Source of the DNA: Camelus dromedarius
Lineage: Eukaryota
Assembly (NCBI RefSeq): GCF_036321535.1
Contig: NC_087459.1
Location: 17,918,001-17,982,000, forward strand
Direction: 5' to 3'
DNA length: 64,000 nt
Part shown: piece by piece, positions 24,264 through 37,520 of the stretch
Layout of the letters: the number at the start of each line of letters is the position of its first letter
How positions within the stretch are numbered: position 1 is the first letter of the stretch
The notes under the pieces: generated by a model
Told to the model about the DNA's origin: nothing
Seen by the model: only the letters and a program-made list of their open reading frames with translations
The model's database searches: none
Made by a program: the position numbers and the translations under genes

Positions 24264-25219
24264 GGAGTGGGGAGGGAGGAAGGGGGCATCTAAGATACTA
24301 TTTACACACATGCCACCGTGAGCCTGTGGAGCTCTGGTCTTACTCATTCCAAGAAGTCACATGATTTCTGTTACGAAGAGCAAAAGCTGCCCGTTCTACC
24401 CCGCAGCAAGACCCTCCCCCTAATGGGAACCATCGTGAAAAATCTCGGGAATTGAAGGCAATCCGTGGGTTCAGAAATGAAGGAAGACAAAAAAGGGTGA
24501 GAAGAAGAAACGGCCAACTCAGAGCTCTGACCCCCGCGGCCAGTCTGACCTCTGGCCGCAGCAGCTCAGCCCTACCTCCCACCCGGACCGGGGGCCTCAG
24601 CTTTCATTTCACTTTGTACCAGGGCCAGAAATTCCCTCCTGCAGAGACGACTTTAGGACAACAAAGACTGATCCAAGAAAGAGGAGAAGGGACTGGTGCT
24701 AGGCCCTCACCCCACAGTCTCAAACAGACTTCTTCCCCTGAACTCCTGTAGAATGGAGAAGTCCACTGCACCAAGGCGATGGGAGATTACACTTAAAGGA
24801 AGAAAGGACATGTGGGAAGCTGAAGTCCTTTGAGGGGAGAAATGGTCTGAATGGGGCCACTTCGGGCAGGGATCAGGACAAAGAAAGGGTGCAGAAGGGA
24901 CTTTTCCTAGGCCTGGTCCCAGAAATCCTCCTTTGACACACACCCCTTGGGTAGCAGAGAATTCTGCTGCAGAACCCAGAAGGCGGGCTGGCTGGGATAA
25001 TCTGGATTCTGTGGGCTGGCCCAGGGGACTTCACCACCACTTACAACACCATTTCTATGGGGAAATGTATTCTGACTCCCAATAACTGACTTACAAACAT
25101 GTAGTGGGAACCTAGCGGGAATCTAGCCTGTTCTGGAGACAAACTTCCATATCTAACCAATTATGTGTCTGTTGTCAAGTAGATCAGAGCCTTGCTCTGT
25201 TCAGGTGCTCAGATAAATT

Positions 25220-25343
25220 TTTTTCTCTTTTTTTGTAGAGGGAGGAAGTAATTAGGTTTATTTTTAAAGGAGGTACTGGGGATTGAACTCAGGACCTCGT
25301 GCATGCTAAACATGCACTCTACCACTTGAGCTGTAGCCTCCCC
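25220..25343 (-). mobile_element. tRNA-derived SINE (camelid vic-1-like)
   Basis: Reverse complement ggggaggctacagctcaagtggtagagtgcatgtttagcatgcacgaggtcctgagttcaatccccagtacctcc; flanking agataaat repeat. Confidence 0.85.
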
Positions 25344-25488
25344 GCTAGATAAATGTTGAATGATGACAATACTGACACCTCATATCCTAGGTACAGAGAA
25401 TCCTCGAGTGTCCGTGGTGTCAGGCTATGCTGGGTATCCTATCACGTTCTTCCCCAAGAGCCAGGGACCCGCCCACAGTCCTCTCCTA

Positions 25489-25623
<135 letters not shown>

Positions 25624-27455
25624 TCATTCATAAAAATTCTAACTATTCACCCCTTTTGCTAGAGTGCTGGGTTCTGGGAAAGCAGTTTAACCATTTGATG
25701 GCCTGCCTAAAATGTTTCATTAATTAGTAATTCCTGGAAAAGGTGAATGCTGGTGCCTTCCAATACCGTCCTGTCACGGGCCTCTCTGCTATGAACCACA
25801 ATTGTACACGACACGATCTCATGTAGTTTTACATTTCCAAAAATCCTGAGGCTGCTTTTGGGCTTTGCCCATAAGAAAATGGGTTGGAAATACTTTGTAT
25901 CTAAAATTTGAAAAACGAAAATTCATTATTTAACATTTGTGAGAGCCTGCTATTTGCCAGGCATACAAGGGAAACCTGTTTTGATATTAGAATTAATATT
26001 TCTCTCTGGTCACTTTAAAGGCAGATGAAGATTAATCCATTTTGTTTCTCAGAGATAAGCCTGAACGATCAACATTTCTGAACTTAATAATCCTTTAATT
26101 TTCAAGTAATTTTATGCTGACCTCATACTCCAGCTACTGAGTCCTTCAACACCAAACTATAATGTCAGGACAAATCCAAGGATTAAAAACATCTTAGGTC
26201 TAGTTAACTTTTAACTTTCTCTAAAAGTGCCTAGCATCACCAGGGTATCTAGGCATTCCATCATAAGAAAGGTTTATGAGAAAGTGAAATATTCCACTCA
26301 CCTCGGGTGTAACACAACAACCTGGTGCATAATATTTTCTGGTATACTAAGCCACCACAGCTGATAAGGGGTATTAGCATCTAGAACATTAGATTTCATC
26401 AGAAAAATAAAAGCCCAGACCGGAGCCCACGAGGAGATACTCCAAACAGCCCCAGGAGGTCCTGGATTTACGCTGATTAAAGTCAACCTTTGGAGGGCCT
26501 GGACCTGCCCTGCCGTGGGCCCCCGCACTGAGACCTACACAGGCGGCAGGCACCCTGCACGCAACACGCAGGCCAGGGGTCAGGCAAGAACTGTAAGTGG
26601 GGAAGGAGCCTTTTCAGAATGTATACCGGTGAAGAATGGTTGTAAGGAAAAGAAACTTCCAGACTGCTTTGTACTTCAGGTCGATGGTATACTTTTGTCA
26701 GACCACGCAGGAGTGGAAGAACCACGGCACAACAGAGAACGCACCCTTAGTTAACCGGGGGCTTCGGCCACCCGCCCCCCAGGGACCGTGGCCTTGGGAG
26801 GACGCGGGCCCAGTGCTTCCAGAGCTTCTGAATTTTACGTGATGTTGGAAAGCAGGGTTATGTTCAATCTGGCTTCTACGTGTTGGCGACTAATCCAAAT
26901 TTTGTTAAATGTTATGATCAAACAAAACCTGCCGTTGGTCAGATCCGGCCACAGGCCGGCAGTCTGCACTCTCTGGCTAGACACATCAGGGCCAAACTCC
27001 TCAGGCCCCTGCCAATGACACTCCCACCAGACCTCAGGGCTTAGGGCAACAGAGTGTCTACCTAGTGGCCCACAGAAACAGGATCCAATCAGCTGTGGGT
27101 TTTCTAAAATAAAAGCTCTAACTTATTTTAGGTCTGTAAAAATTACAGGCTAAAAGAAAAAAGAAAATCTCAAACCAAATATAAAAGATTTACATCCCTG
27201 AGGAAGATGAGTTCATAAAGGACTTTTTAAAATATTTTAAGAGCAAGAGGTGTCTTTTTTGGTGTTTGGTTTGGTCTTTTGTTTATTGGCTTGTTTTCAG
27301 AGTCTAAAGTATTTGCTTAAAAAAAAAAAGCCAGTGAAAGAGAAAATCAAAGAGAATCCCTTCAAAAAAACCCACACTTACCATTTTTATGTATTATATT
27401 ATGCATGTTTATGCTTAGTACATTAGGCACACGCTTAATTATAACCCCCACTTTA

Positions 27456-27689
<234 letters not shown>

Positions 27690-27767
27690 CTACTGAGGGC
27701 TGGCTCTACTTATAAGCTCTGACCACAAAAAGGCCTCTCTGTCTTTCCCACCAGGCAGAGCAGCTTT

Positions 27768-28492
27768 TTTTTTTTTTTTTTAACATTTTTTATTGAGTTA
27801 CAGTCATTTTACAATACTGTGTCAAATTCCAGTGTAGAGCATAATTTTTCAGTTATACATGAACATACATATATTCATTGTCACATTTTTAATTTTTCAC
27901 TGTGAGCTACCACAAGATCTTGTATATATTTCCCTGTGCTATACAGTATAATCTTGTTTATCAATTCTACACTTTGAAATCCCAGTCTGTCCCTTCCCAC
28001 CCCCTGCCCCCTTGGCAACCACAAGTTTGTATTCTATGTCTATGAGTCTGTTTCTGTTTTGTTTGTTTGTTTTTAGATTCCACATATGTGCGATCTCATG
28101 TGGTATTTTTCTCTTTCTGGCTTCCTTCACTTAGAATGACATTCTCCAGGAACATCCATGTTGCTGCAAATGGCATTATATTGTCAGGTTTTATGGCTGA
28201 ATAGTATTTCATTGTATAAATATACCACATCTTCTTCATCCAGTCCTCTGTTGATGGACATTTAGGCTGTTTCCATGTCTTGGCTACTGTAAATAGTGCT
28301 GCTATGAATGCTGGGGTGCAGGTGTCATTTTGAAGTAGGGTTCCTTCTGGATATATGCCCAGGAGCGGGATTCCTGGGTCATATGGTAAGTCTATTCCAA
28401 GTCTTTTGATGAATCTCCATACTGTTTTCCACAGTGGCTGCACCAAACTGCATTCCCACCAGCAGTGCAGGAGGGTTCCCTTTTCTCCACAG
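27768..28492 (-). mobile_element. Young L1 (ORF2 C-terminus, 3' UTR, polyA), perfect 17-bp TSD
   Basis: ORF 28446-28096 [32 protein letters not shown]...WMFLENVILSE is the L1 ORF2 C-terminus; TSD ccaggcagagcagcttt at 27751-27767 and 28493-28509; TT|AAAG target site. Confidence 0.95.
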
Positions 28493-29235
28493 CCAGGCAG
28501 AGCAGCTTTAAGGGGAAGAGGACAGCCAGCGAGACCAAGACTCCGTGACCAACCAGGTGAGAGAGGATGCTGGTAAACTACCCCTTCCTCCTAACTGACA
28601 CATTTCTTTGGAAGCTGATTCAAAGAACGGCTTTAAAACATCACGGTCCCACTGTAATCCCCAACTGTCACCTGGGATGCTATAAGGCAGTTCACTGACA
28701 TCCTGGGCACCTGTGCAGCATTCAGATTCCTGAATTTGGATTAAACAGCTGAGCTCCATGGTGGGCCAGAGCCTGACTTTAATGATGCAGGAGCATGAAA
28801 CTGGATTCAAAACTGAAAACCGAGCCTCACATCCTGTGCTCTTTGCTCCCACCTACACCACATACTTTCCTTTGTAGCACCCAACACAAGTATAACTAAA
28901 TAGCTTACTTAATGTGTGTGTTTAATGTTTATTGCTGTCGCTAGACTAGAAGCTCTGGGAGAACAGGACTGTCCCTCTGCCGCTCACACCGTATCCCCAG
29001 GAACTAGCACGGGGCTGGCGTAATGAATGAAAGACCCGCACTGCAGTCTTGAGCAAGTACCTGGGTGTCTTCGGGCCTGTTTCCTCATCTTAAAATGGAC
29101 TTGATGACGTCTTGTGCATTGCCTCACATAGCTGTCATGATGACAAAATAAAGTAAATGAAATAATACATACGAGAGTTCCCTGAAGAGTATAAAATGAA
29201 AGCGGATGTGCTGTGGTATTGTTTTCAAGGATGTA

Positions 29236-29573
29236 CAGAAGTCCCTTAGCATCTGTGAGGGGCTGATTTCAGGACACCCTTTTCTCCCTCCCCTGCGGCC
29301 AAGGCTGTCAAAATCTGTGGATGCTCAAGTTCTTTACATACAAATGGCACAGTATTTACGTATAACCTATGAACATCCTCCCATGTACTTTAAATCATCT
29401 CTGGATGACTTATAATACCTAATACAATGCAAATGCTATGTAAATAGTTGCCAGCATGTGGCAAACTCAAGTTTTGCTTTGTGGAACTTTCTGGAATTTT
29501 TTTTCTTGAATATTTTCGATCCACGGTTGGTTGACTCAGCAGATGTGGAAACTTGGATACAGAGGGCCAACTG
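29236..29573 (+). mobile_element. MER2 (TcMar-Tigger) MITE, full length
   Basis: TA dinucleotides on both sides; internal ggatgctcaag...tactttaaatcatctctggatgacttataatacctaatac; terminal ggatacagagggccaactg. Confidence 0.85.
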
Positions 29574-30309
29574 TATAGTTCCTGGAACATGAATGTACGA
29601 GCACATGTCCTTGGGAGAGGGTGGCAAGGACAAAGGTGGGTGGTCATGTGCTCTAGAGGCCAAGAGGCTCCCTAAAACCCATGACACCGGCACACATGAC
29701 AAGTCTCACCTCTCGCCCTGCCCAAACCACGAGCCCTAGTGAGGACAGCGGAATGTGATGACCAGGGCGCGGCCAAGCGGAGTGAGTCTGAGTGGTGCCG
29801 AGAAAGGCCACCCAAAGGAGCAGGCGGAGGGACGTGCTGCGGTCCGCTCTGCCGAGGACAGACGCTGCTGTTGCTCTCCCACCGCAGGCCTTAAGCTTTG
29901 AAGTTGACAAGCTACACAGCCAAAATGCCACCAAGGCGCCCTCCCTTCGCACCCAGAGAGGTGACAGCTTCCCTGGGGAATCAGTCCCTGGGGGACTCCA
30001 GGACACACTGGCAGGGGACTGCTGAGGAACACAATTGTGCTTTAGCTGTAGAAAGGTACACAGCTGTGTCACCACCCTGCAACCATGACAAAGACGAGAC
30101 GAAGTATCCACCATCCAACGCTGCACGTGCTCTGCAGAAGCCCCTGCGACAGAGTCCCCGGGACGGTGAGCAGGCCGCAGAGCACCGGCGGGGGCGGGGG
30201 GGACTGTTTGACTACAGCATGGCTGGCATGTGACGTGTGTATCACATCATGTCTTTATCATGTTTGTCCCCAAACCTTCCAATTCTCTCTCACAATAAAG
30301 TGTCTCTAC

Positions 30310-30520
30310 CACGTGAGACCCACTGTGTTAGGTGCTTTAATTACATGCTTTTACTCGATACCCACATCCACCATGGACAGGAGATATTGTCACCAGCAGT
30401 TCACCCAAATAAAAGACACTGAGACTCAAAGAGGGGCACTAACCCATCCCAAGACCCCAGCTGGTAAGTGGCAGAGGCAGGAACTGAGCTCGAGGGGCTC
30501 TGACTCCTGGCCCAGGCTCC
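30310..30520 (-). mobile_element. MIR SINE
   Basis: acactgagactcaaagagggg...cccaagaccccagctggtaagtggcagaggcagga. Confidence 0.6.
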
Positions 30521-31176
30521 TGTCACAACCGTGAAGCCCCTCACTCTGACACTTTGGCAGCGCTGTGCTCTGTGGCTCCACCCACTTCCAGTTAGGTCAG
30601 CCTCCTCCTGTCCCCTCTGCATCCTCCACCCTCCTTCCCCTGCCTTCCTGAACGCCATCCGCGAAGCCTCCCCACTCCTGAGCGAGGTACCGCTCGAACC
30701 CTGTGCGAGTTAGCATCACCCTGATTTCCCTCGACTAGTTTCATAAACACCAGCTGTTTTGGTAGCTTCATGATTTACCTTCCCTTTCAGGGAGGGTGAT
30801 CTGGTTTCACCAATTATCCTTCTGCACAGTTTGAATTTTTAATGTTTTTTTTAATTGCTTTTTAAAACTAAGTAATTAAAGCAATCAAAGGAAGGACTAA
30901 AAGTGAAAAAAAACAGATAAGAGCTGGGAGGTGCAGGGACCAGGGAGAGGACCAGCCTTGAGGAAGCTCAGCTCCTCACTTTTCAGAGCTGGGAGTCAAG
31001 ACATAGCAGTGAAATGTGATAAACAAACAAACAAAGATCTTCTTTAAAGTCTAGAAAGAAGAATGAGAAGACTAAAAGCAAAATGTTTAAAACCTGTGAC
31101 TCCTGAGGAGGACTAAGGAGGGGAAGGAGAAAGATTTTCACTTTTTTATACCTTTTCATATTAAAAAAAAAAAACT

Positions 31177-31335
31177 GGGGGACAGTTATGACTCAGTGGT
31201 AGACTACATGCTTAGCATGCATGAGGTCTTGGGTTCAATCCCCAGTACCTCCAGTAAAAAAAAAAAAAAGTAAATAAATCAATCAATCAAATCCTTCCAC
31301 CCTCAAAAAAAAAAAAAGAAAAAAGAAAAAAAAAG
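31177..31335 (+). mobile_element. tRNA-derived SINE (camelid vic-1-like)
   Basis: ctcagtggtagactacatgcttagcatgcatgaggtcttgggttcaatccccagtacctcc plus A-rich tail. Confidence 0.85.
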
Positions 31336-31929
31336 TAATGAGATTTAAAAAGATATAATTCCTAAAAGCACTACTTTTGTTATTTTATAATAAAATTTTT
31401 AGATCTCAAAAAAAATTATTTTCCATCCACAAAATCCTGGTTGGTGGCAGAGAGAAGGAGGTAAATTTTATTTGATTAAACTTGCTGCTGTTGTTTCTTT
31501 CTGTGGGAACGCGTCCAGGTGCATCGGGCCCCCCCTTCATCTGCGAGCAGAGCCCGAGTCCTCGGCAGCCCTGATGCCTTCACGCGAGCTGCCCTTGGAA
31601 GGTGCAGGCTGCCCATGGCAACAACCAAGAGCACCGGGTCCAAGGACCCTCAGGGCTCACTGGGCCATGCTCAGTATTTCTGGAATGACAAGAGCTCCCT
31701 AAACCCACGACAGCAAAAGAGCATTCCGTTCAATATGAGGAATTTCTTGAGACTCAGGGCAACTTCATCCTAGAACACAATCCGTTGGAGAGCCTAAGAA
31801 TGTATTTGTCTGTAAGCTAGAGACTGAAGCATCTAACCTCCCGAGGGCTGTAACACCTCAGATGTATAGGTCAGAGAATCCAGCCTTATGGTGATTTCTT
31901 TCTTTCTCTTTTTTCTAAGTAAAGTTTGG

Positions 31930-32103
31930 TCTTTCTTTCTTCTAACTGCTTTATTGCAATATAACTCACATACCACACAATTCAAGGGCTTTCAGTGTAG
32001 TCACAGAGTTATGCGGCCAGCCCCACAATCAACTTGAGAACAATTTTCACCATCCCAAAAAGAGACCCGATAACTTTCAGCAGTCATCCCCTGTCTCCAC
32101 CAA
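31930..32103 (-). mobile_element. L1MA/MB-type 3' end (runs into N-gap)
   Basis: ctgctttattgcaatataactcacataccacacaattca...agaacaattttcaccatcccaaaaag. Confidence 0.7.
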
Positions 32104-32280
32104 NNNNNNNNNNNNNNNNNNNNNNNNNNNNNNNNNNNNNNNNNNNNNNNNNNNNNNNNNNNNNNNNNNNNNNNNNNNNNNNNNNNNNNNNNNNNNNNNN
32201 NNNNNNNNNNNNNNNNNNNNNNNNNNNNNNNNNNNNNNNNNNNNNNNNNNNNNNNNNNNNNNNNNNNNNNNNNNNNNNNN
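32104..32280. other. Assembly gap (177 N)
   Basis: Run of N. Confidence 1.
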
Positions 32281-32419
32281 AATACGTGAACTTATGTTCC
32301 TTTTTAAGAAAAATCAGAAAATAATAAATAAACTAAATCCCCTAAGACCACCACCTTAATCCCTCCCCATCTCCCCAGAGAAAACCGGTGTTTTGAGTCC
32401 GCTGAGTAACCTTCCACAT

Positions 32420-32628
32420 CAGGCTTCAGCAAACTTCCCCTGTTAAGGTCCAGATATTTTAGGCTTCGAGAGTCACAAGCTCTCTGTCCTAACTGCTCAA
32501 CTCTACCTTCATAGTGAGGAGCCGCAGGCCACAGGTGAGTGAGTGGTCATGGGGGCGCTCCAATAAAACTTTAACAAAACCAGACGGCAGGCCAGACTTG
32601 GCTGATGAGCTAGAGCCTGCTGACCCCT
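32420..32628 (+). mobile_element. MER58A (hAT-Charlie), near full length
   Basis: caggcttcagcaaactt...ccagatattttaggctt...ccaataaaacttt...ggccagacttgg...gctgacccct. Confidence 0.75.
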
Positions 32629-32667
32629 ATTCTGTAGGAATACACAATGCGTTTTAAAGTATCAAAA

Positions 32668-32854
32668 AAGGCACTCTTGGTTTTTTTGTAAATGAAGTTT
32701 TACTGGAATAGCTATGTCCATTCATGTTATGAGTTGTCTAGGCTGCTTTCACGCTACGAAGGCAGTGCACTGTCCGTCTCTACTGACCGTAAGGCCCTCA
32801 AAGCCTAAAATAGTTACCATCTGGCCCCTGGTAGAAAAAGTTTGCTGAACCCTG
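32668..32854 (-). mobile_element. MER58A (hAT-Charlie), opposite orientation
   Basis: Reverse complement cagggttcagcaaactttttctaccaggggccagatggtaactattttaggctttgagggcc...tccagtaaaacttcatttacaaaa. Confidence 0.75.
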
Positions 32855-32869
32855 CTACAGAAAATATAC

Positions 32870-33125
32870 CCTACTTTTTGTATGTTCTCTTCACTTACTG
32901 TGTGAAATTCTATATACTATTCTGCAACTTGTTATTCACTCAACAGTATATTCTGAGATCTGTCCATACCGTTCTGTGTAGATCGAATTAACAACTTAGC
33001 TGCCACATAGGGAACTCCCATTGTAGGAATATACTGTATCTTATTTAGCCATTTCCAAGCTGATGGACATTCAGGTTGCCTCAAATGCTCTACCATTACA
33101 AACACTGCTGCAATGAACATCCTTA
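32870..33125 (-). mobile_element. Ancient L1 (L1ME/MC) fragment
   Basis: gatggacattcaggttgcctc...attacaaacactgctgcaatgaacatcctt. Confidence 0.65.
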
Positions 33126-33136
33126 AAAATCCCCCC

Positions 33137-33349
33137 TTGAAGTATAAAATAGAAAAACAACAAGTTTATACTCTTTAGCACAGGGAACTATATTCAACAT
33201 CTTGTAGTAACTTATGGTGAAAAAGAGTATGAAAACGAATATATGTGTGATCATTTATGACTGAAGCATTATGCTGTACGCCAGAAACACTGTACACAGC
33301 ATTGCAAACTGACTATACTTCAATAAAAAAATATGTATATATATACAGG
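33137..33349 (+). mobile_element. L1 3' UTR terminus (artiodactyl-type)
   Basis: agcacagggaactatattcaacatcttgtagtaac...gactatacttcaataaaaaa; possible TSD aatcccccc. Confidence 0.8.
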
Positions 33350-33483
33350 AATCCCCCCACCTTGGGCTCAGGTGCAAGGGCCTCTCCAGGGTTCATAGCA
33401 GGAATGCAGGACATACACATTTTTAACTGGGAGAGACATCGCTTTCCAATGACGCTGGCCCTGACCCCAGTGCCTGAGTCTTA

Positions 33484-33723
<240 letters not shown>

Positions 33724-34512
33724 TCAAATCTCCTCATTCATGGTAAAATCACTGAATAGGGCCGTGAGAAATGCAGTCCCAGACTGTGACAGCCGTCGAA
33801 GAGCCTGACCTAAGGAAGAAGGGTCTCAGCGGCCAGTGAGAGCCCAGAAATTAACTCCTGGCCAAAAAGCATCATCAAATCCTTAGTCATCTTTATTTTT
33901 TTTTTAATCCCTTTCCCCCTTTCCTGTGATTAAGATGGCATCTTTCCCTCTGGCTCTCAAGCTAGGATTTGAATTCTCCGTATCACACACACCAAAAGAA
34001 TGTAGTGAGAGGAAAATGCTTCCTTCGGGGGCAAGAATGTAACTGAAGCAGAACAGACTTCCTAAGTGTGTTCCTAGAAAACGGAAAAATGGCAGGAGGC
34101 AGCAGATTTTAACTACCGTGGGATCTACTCTTAAACGTCAACTTAACGTCATGCGAGACAGCCTTAATATCTGCGATGGACATGACCTCTGTTCCCCTCT
34201 GGTGCCCACCTGGTGAACCCGGCCCTAGAGCACAGTCCAGGGACGCGCAGCTCCTGGGTCTGTTTGCATACCTGCCTTTTTAAACAAAAGACTGCGTAAC
34301 AACAAATGACTGAATCAGGGAGATGATCAACTTACTCCTGAGAAGGTTTAAGCCTCTCGTTTTGCTAGACCATTCGTTATCGGGGATTTTATATAAAAAA
34401 CTGGTAGCGTATCTGTGGTCTCATTTTACATTTGGACTGCAAGGGCCCAGGAAGCTCTCAGAGCCCACTTTTTGCACACCTGTTCCTACTCTGCGTTCCT
34501 GACGGCACCTCA

Positions 34513-34737
<225 letters not shown>

Positions 34738-35990
34738 TCAGAAGTTAAAAGCAAGAATGAACAAAGAAGTGGAAATTAACTGCTGAGAAACAAGAGGTGA
34801 AAGGAATGCCACTGGAACTTTTCCTATTTCATCTTAGGGGTGATCACATTCTGTTCATTTGCTTCCATCATTCACGGAAGCTGCAACCATCATGTCAGTA
34901 AAATTTTCTGACACATTTACGCTTTGTGTAGTATTTGCCGAAAGCAGTATTAAAGATACCAGCTCCCTTAATCCTACAACCCGTCAGAGTCAAGAATCTC
35001 TTCTTCAATAATGTCCATCACCAGTGGGAGGAAGGCAGCCTGCTCCTGACCGTCCCTTCCTTCCACTCTGCTCCCGCAGGAAGCAGGGCCTCAACATTCT
35101 TTAGCTGCTGGGACAAGAGCACCCACATCCACTGTGCCTCTCCCACAGCCGAGACCTGACCAGTGAGTGTGCCAAAAACACCTATGAATCACCAGGAACT
35201 CGAACAATAAACACACTCCCTGGAATGTCCGAGGTAATTATACGTGAATGTAATTAAGGAGAATAACTACTAAATAAACCAAGTTAGTGAGACACAGCAG
35301 CCGAACGGCAGAAGCAGGCCTTCCTGAAGCGACTTCCTGATTTGACAGCAGCCTTTGTCATGAGGTCTATATGACTTAAAAGTTTATGATGCTTTTGACG
35401 TGGATGGGAAACAGCTTGGGGAAACATGGAACACACACTGTTTGCCCGAATGGGAGTGAGGAGTGCTTCACTCTCAGACAGCAGCTGGGGAAGGCCCATT
35501 TTCCCTGTAGCCACTCTGGGTCCTAACACAGCATCCCTGCCCTGAAAACCCTGCTGCTGTCCTATCAAAAAACTCCCTCTAATCCATTTGCTCTCTTAAA
35601 CCTACTTTTTAGGTTGAACTGTCTGAGGTTCTGTGATGCTGTGAAAGGGAAAGGCTGCTACCCTTCCAACGTAACTCGCTGCCAACTCGCTGCCACGAAT
35701 GTCTGCCTGCCTCTTGTACGTCCTAAGCCCCTACAGAAGTGTCTGTCACTTCCCCAGAGTGCGTGAAGCACCCAGGCTGCACTGGAGCTAGGTAAATATA
35801 TTAAGCACAATTATTTCCACAATGGCAATGTTTTCATGGAAAAGGTTTCCATATCTGTTGAGAAGGAAAACAGTGAACCTTTCCATTTCTGTAAAATCAG
35901 TCATCTGCAAAGGCAAACAAACTCAGGCCCCAGAAGCTTCGAAAAGAGCAAGTGAAGACAAGCCAGGGAGCTGGGAGGAGGAATGCTTAC

Positions 35991-36189
35991 GTGGGTGGGG
36001 GAGCAGTGCCATCTCCAGCCCCTTGGCAAAGTGGGCGGTGGCGCCGTAGAACTCCAGCAGCCTGACGAGCTCCAGCTCGGGCCCAGCCCGCTCCACGCCC
36101 GAGCTCAGGCAGACGGGCAGAGAGGGCACCAAGGCCCCCAGGGTCTGAATCAGCAGCACAGTCACCACCTCGTGGGGGTTCTTGAAAAC
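35991..36189 (-). CDS. COG7: COG7 exon 7 (199 nt)
   Basis: Acceptor ctctccctgcag|; [66 protein letters not shown]; donor C|GTAAGC. Confidence 0.98.
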
Positions 36190-36919
36190 CTGCAGGGAGA
36201 GGGAGAGGCATCGGCGCTAGCGCAGGGGGGCATACCTTCTAAAGAAGCGGGCTCCTGGATCGCTCAAAGGAAGCCCTCCGAGAGCTGGAAAGTGGGCTGT
36301 CTAGTCAAGAGCTGTAAGCCCCAAGCTTTCCTCACCGCCAGCGCGAACAGGCTCAGAGAGCCAAGTAAACCAGCAAGACTTGCACTTTGTCCAAAAAATG
36401 GGCTACTTCGTGTCTATCACTGGCCCCAAGTGCCTAACTATTTTTAAATCTATCACGTATAGTAGCTAGATGGTCACCAAAACTTGGCTAGAGAGAAGAC
36501 GAAATGCAGAAGTTGGGAGGGTGTGGACTGGGGCGGGGGGGGGGACAAATGGAATTAAAGACAAGCAATTCACAGAATCGGTTGGAGGACTTTTAAGCAC
36601 ATTTGCAGACTAGCCTGCAGCCACCAATCCCCTTGACACAAACTTTCAGTAAGATGGATTTATCTATTTTTCTGAGGACCACCAGGAATAGCACATCCAG
36701 AGCCTTTTAGAGTTCACATTCACTTAGTCATTAAGAGATGTTTTTCCCATTGTATATACAACAGATCTCTTAGATAAAACTTGAAAAGTGCACACAGTAC
36801 ATTTAGGGGATTCTTGCAAGCCCCAGTGTTGATTAAATGCTTTTTTATTATAATGTAACTTAAATATGTACAAACATGAAACAAGATATAAGACTGTTCT
36901 TATGTAACACTAAGGGCAA

Positions 36920-37520
36920 AAGAAGTGTAAGTTTAAAAATTACAAAATCCATAAATTCAAAGTTTGATTAGAAAATATCTTGAGATGAATGGAAATGAAA
37001 AAGGGATACAGAAAAAGCAGTGCAAAGGGGGAAATTTATAGATGCAAACGCATATATTAAAAACGCAGAAACATTTCAACAATAACCTAACTGTACAAAG
37101 TAAGGANNNNNNNNNNNNNNNNNNNNNNNNNNNNNNNNNNNNNNNNNNNNNNNNNNNNNNNNNNNNNNNNNNNNNNNNNNNNNNNNNNNNNNNNNNNNNN
37201 NNNNNNNNNNNNNNNNNNNNNNNNNNNNNNNNNNGTTCAAAAGATTAACAAAACTGACAAACCTTTTACCTAGATTGACTTAAAAAAAAAAAAAAGAGAG
37301 AGAGAGAGAAGACTCATAGTACTAAGACCAGATACGAAAGTGGGGACATACTATCAATTTTACAGAAATAAAAAGGAAGATAAGAGAATATTATGAATAG
37401 CTGTATGCTAATAAAGTGGATAACCTAGATGACATGGACAAAAATTCCTGGACATACGACTCACTAAAACTGACTCAAGAGGAAACAGAAAACGTGAATA
37501 GATTATTCTAGGAAGGAAAC
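36920..37520 (+). mobile_element. L1 ORF2 fragment (post-endonuclease region; contains N-gap)
   Basis: aaagattaacaaaactgacaaacc...gaatattatgaatagctgtatgctaataaagtggataacctagatgacatggac. Confidence 0.85.
37107..37234. other. Assembly gap (128 N)
   Basis: Run of N. Confidence 1.

Noticed and set aside
28096-28446. Intact 116-aa ORF
   Set aside because: It is the C-terminus of L1 ORF2 in a 5'-truncated element, not a host gene
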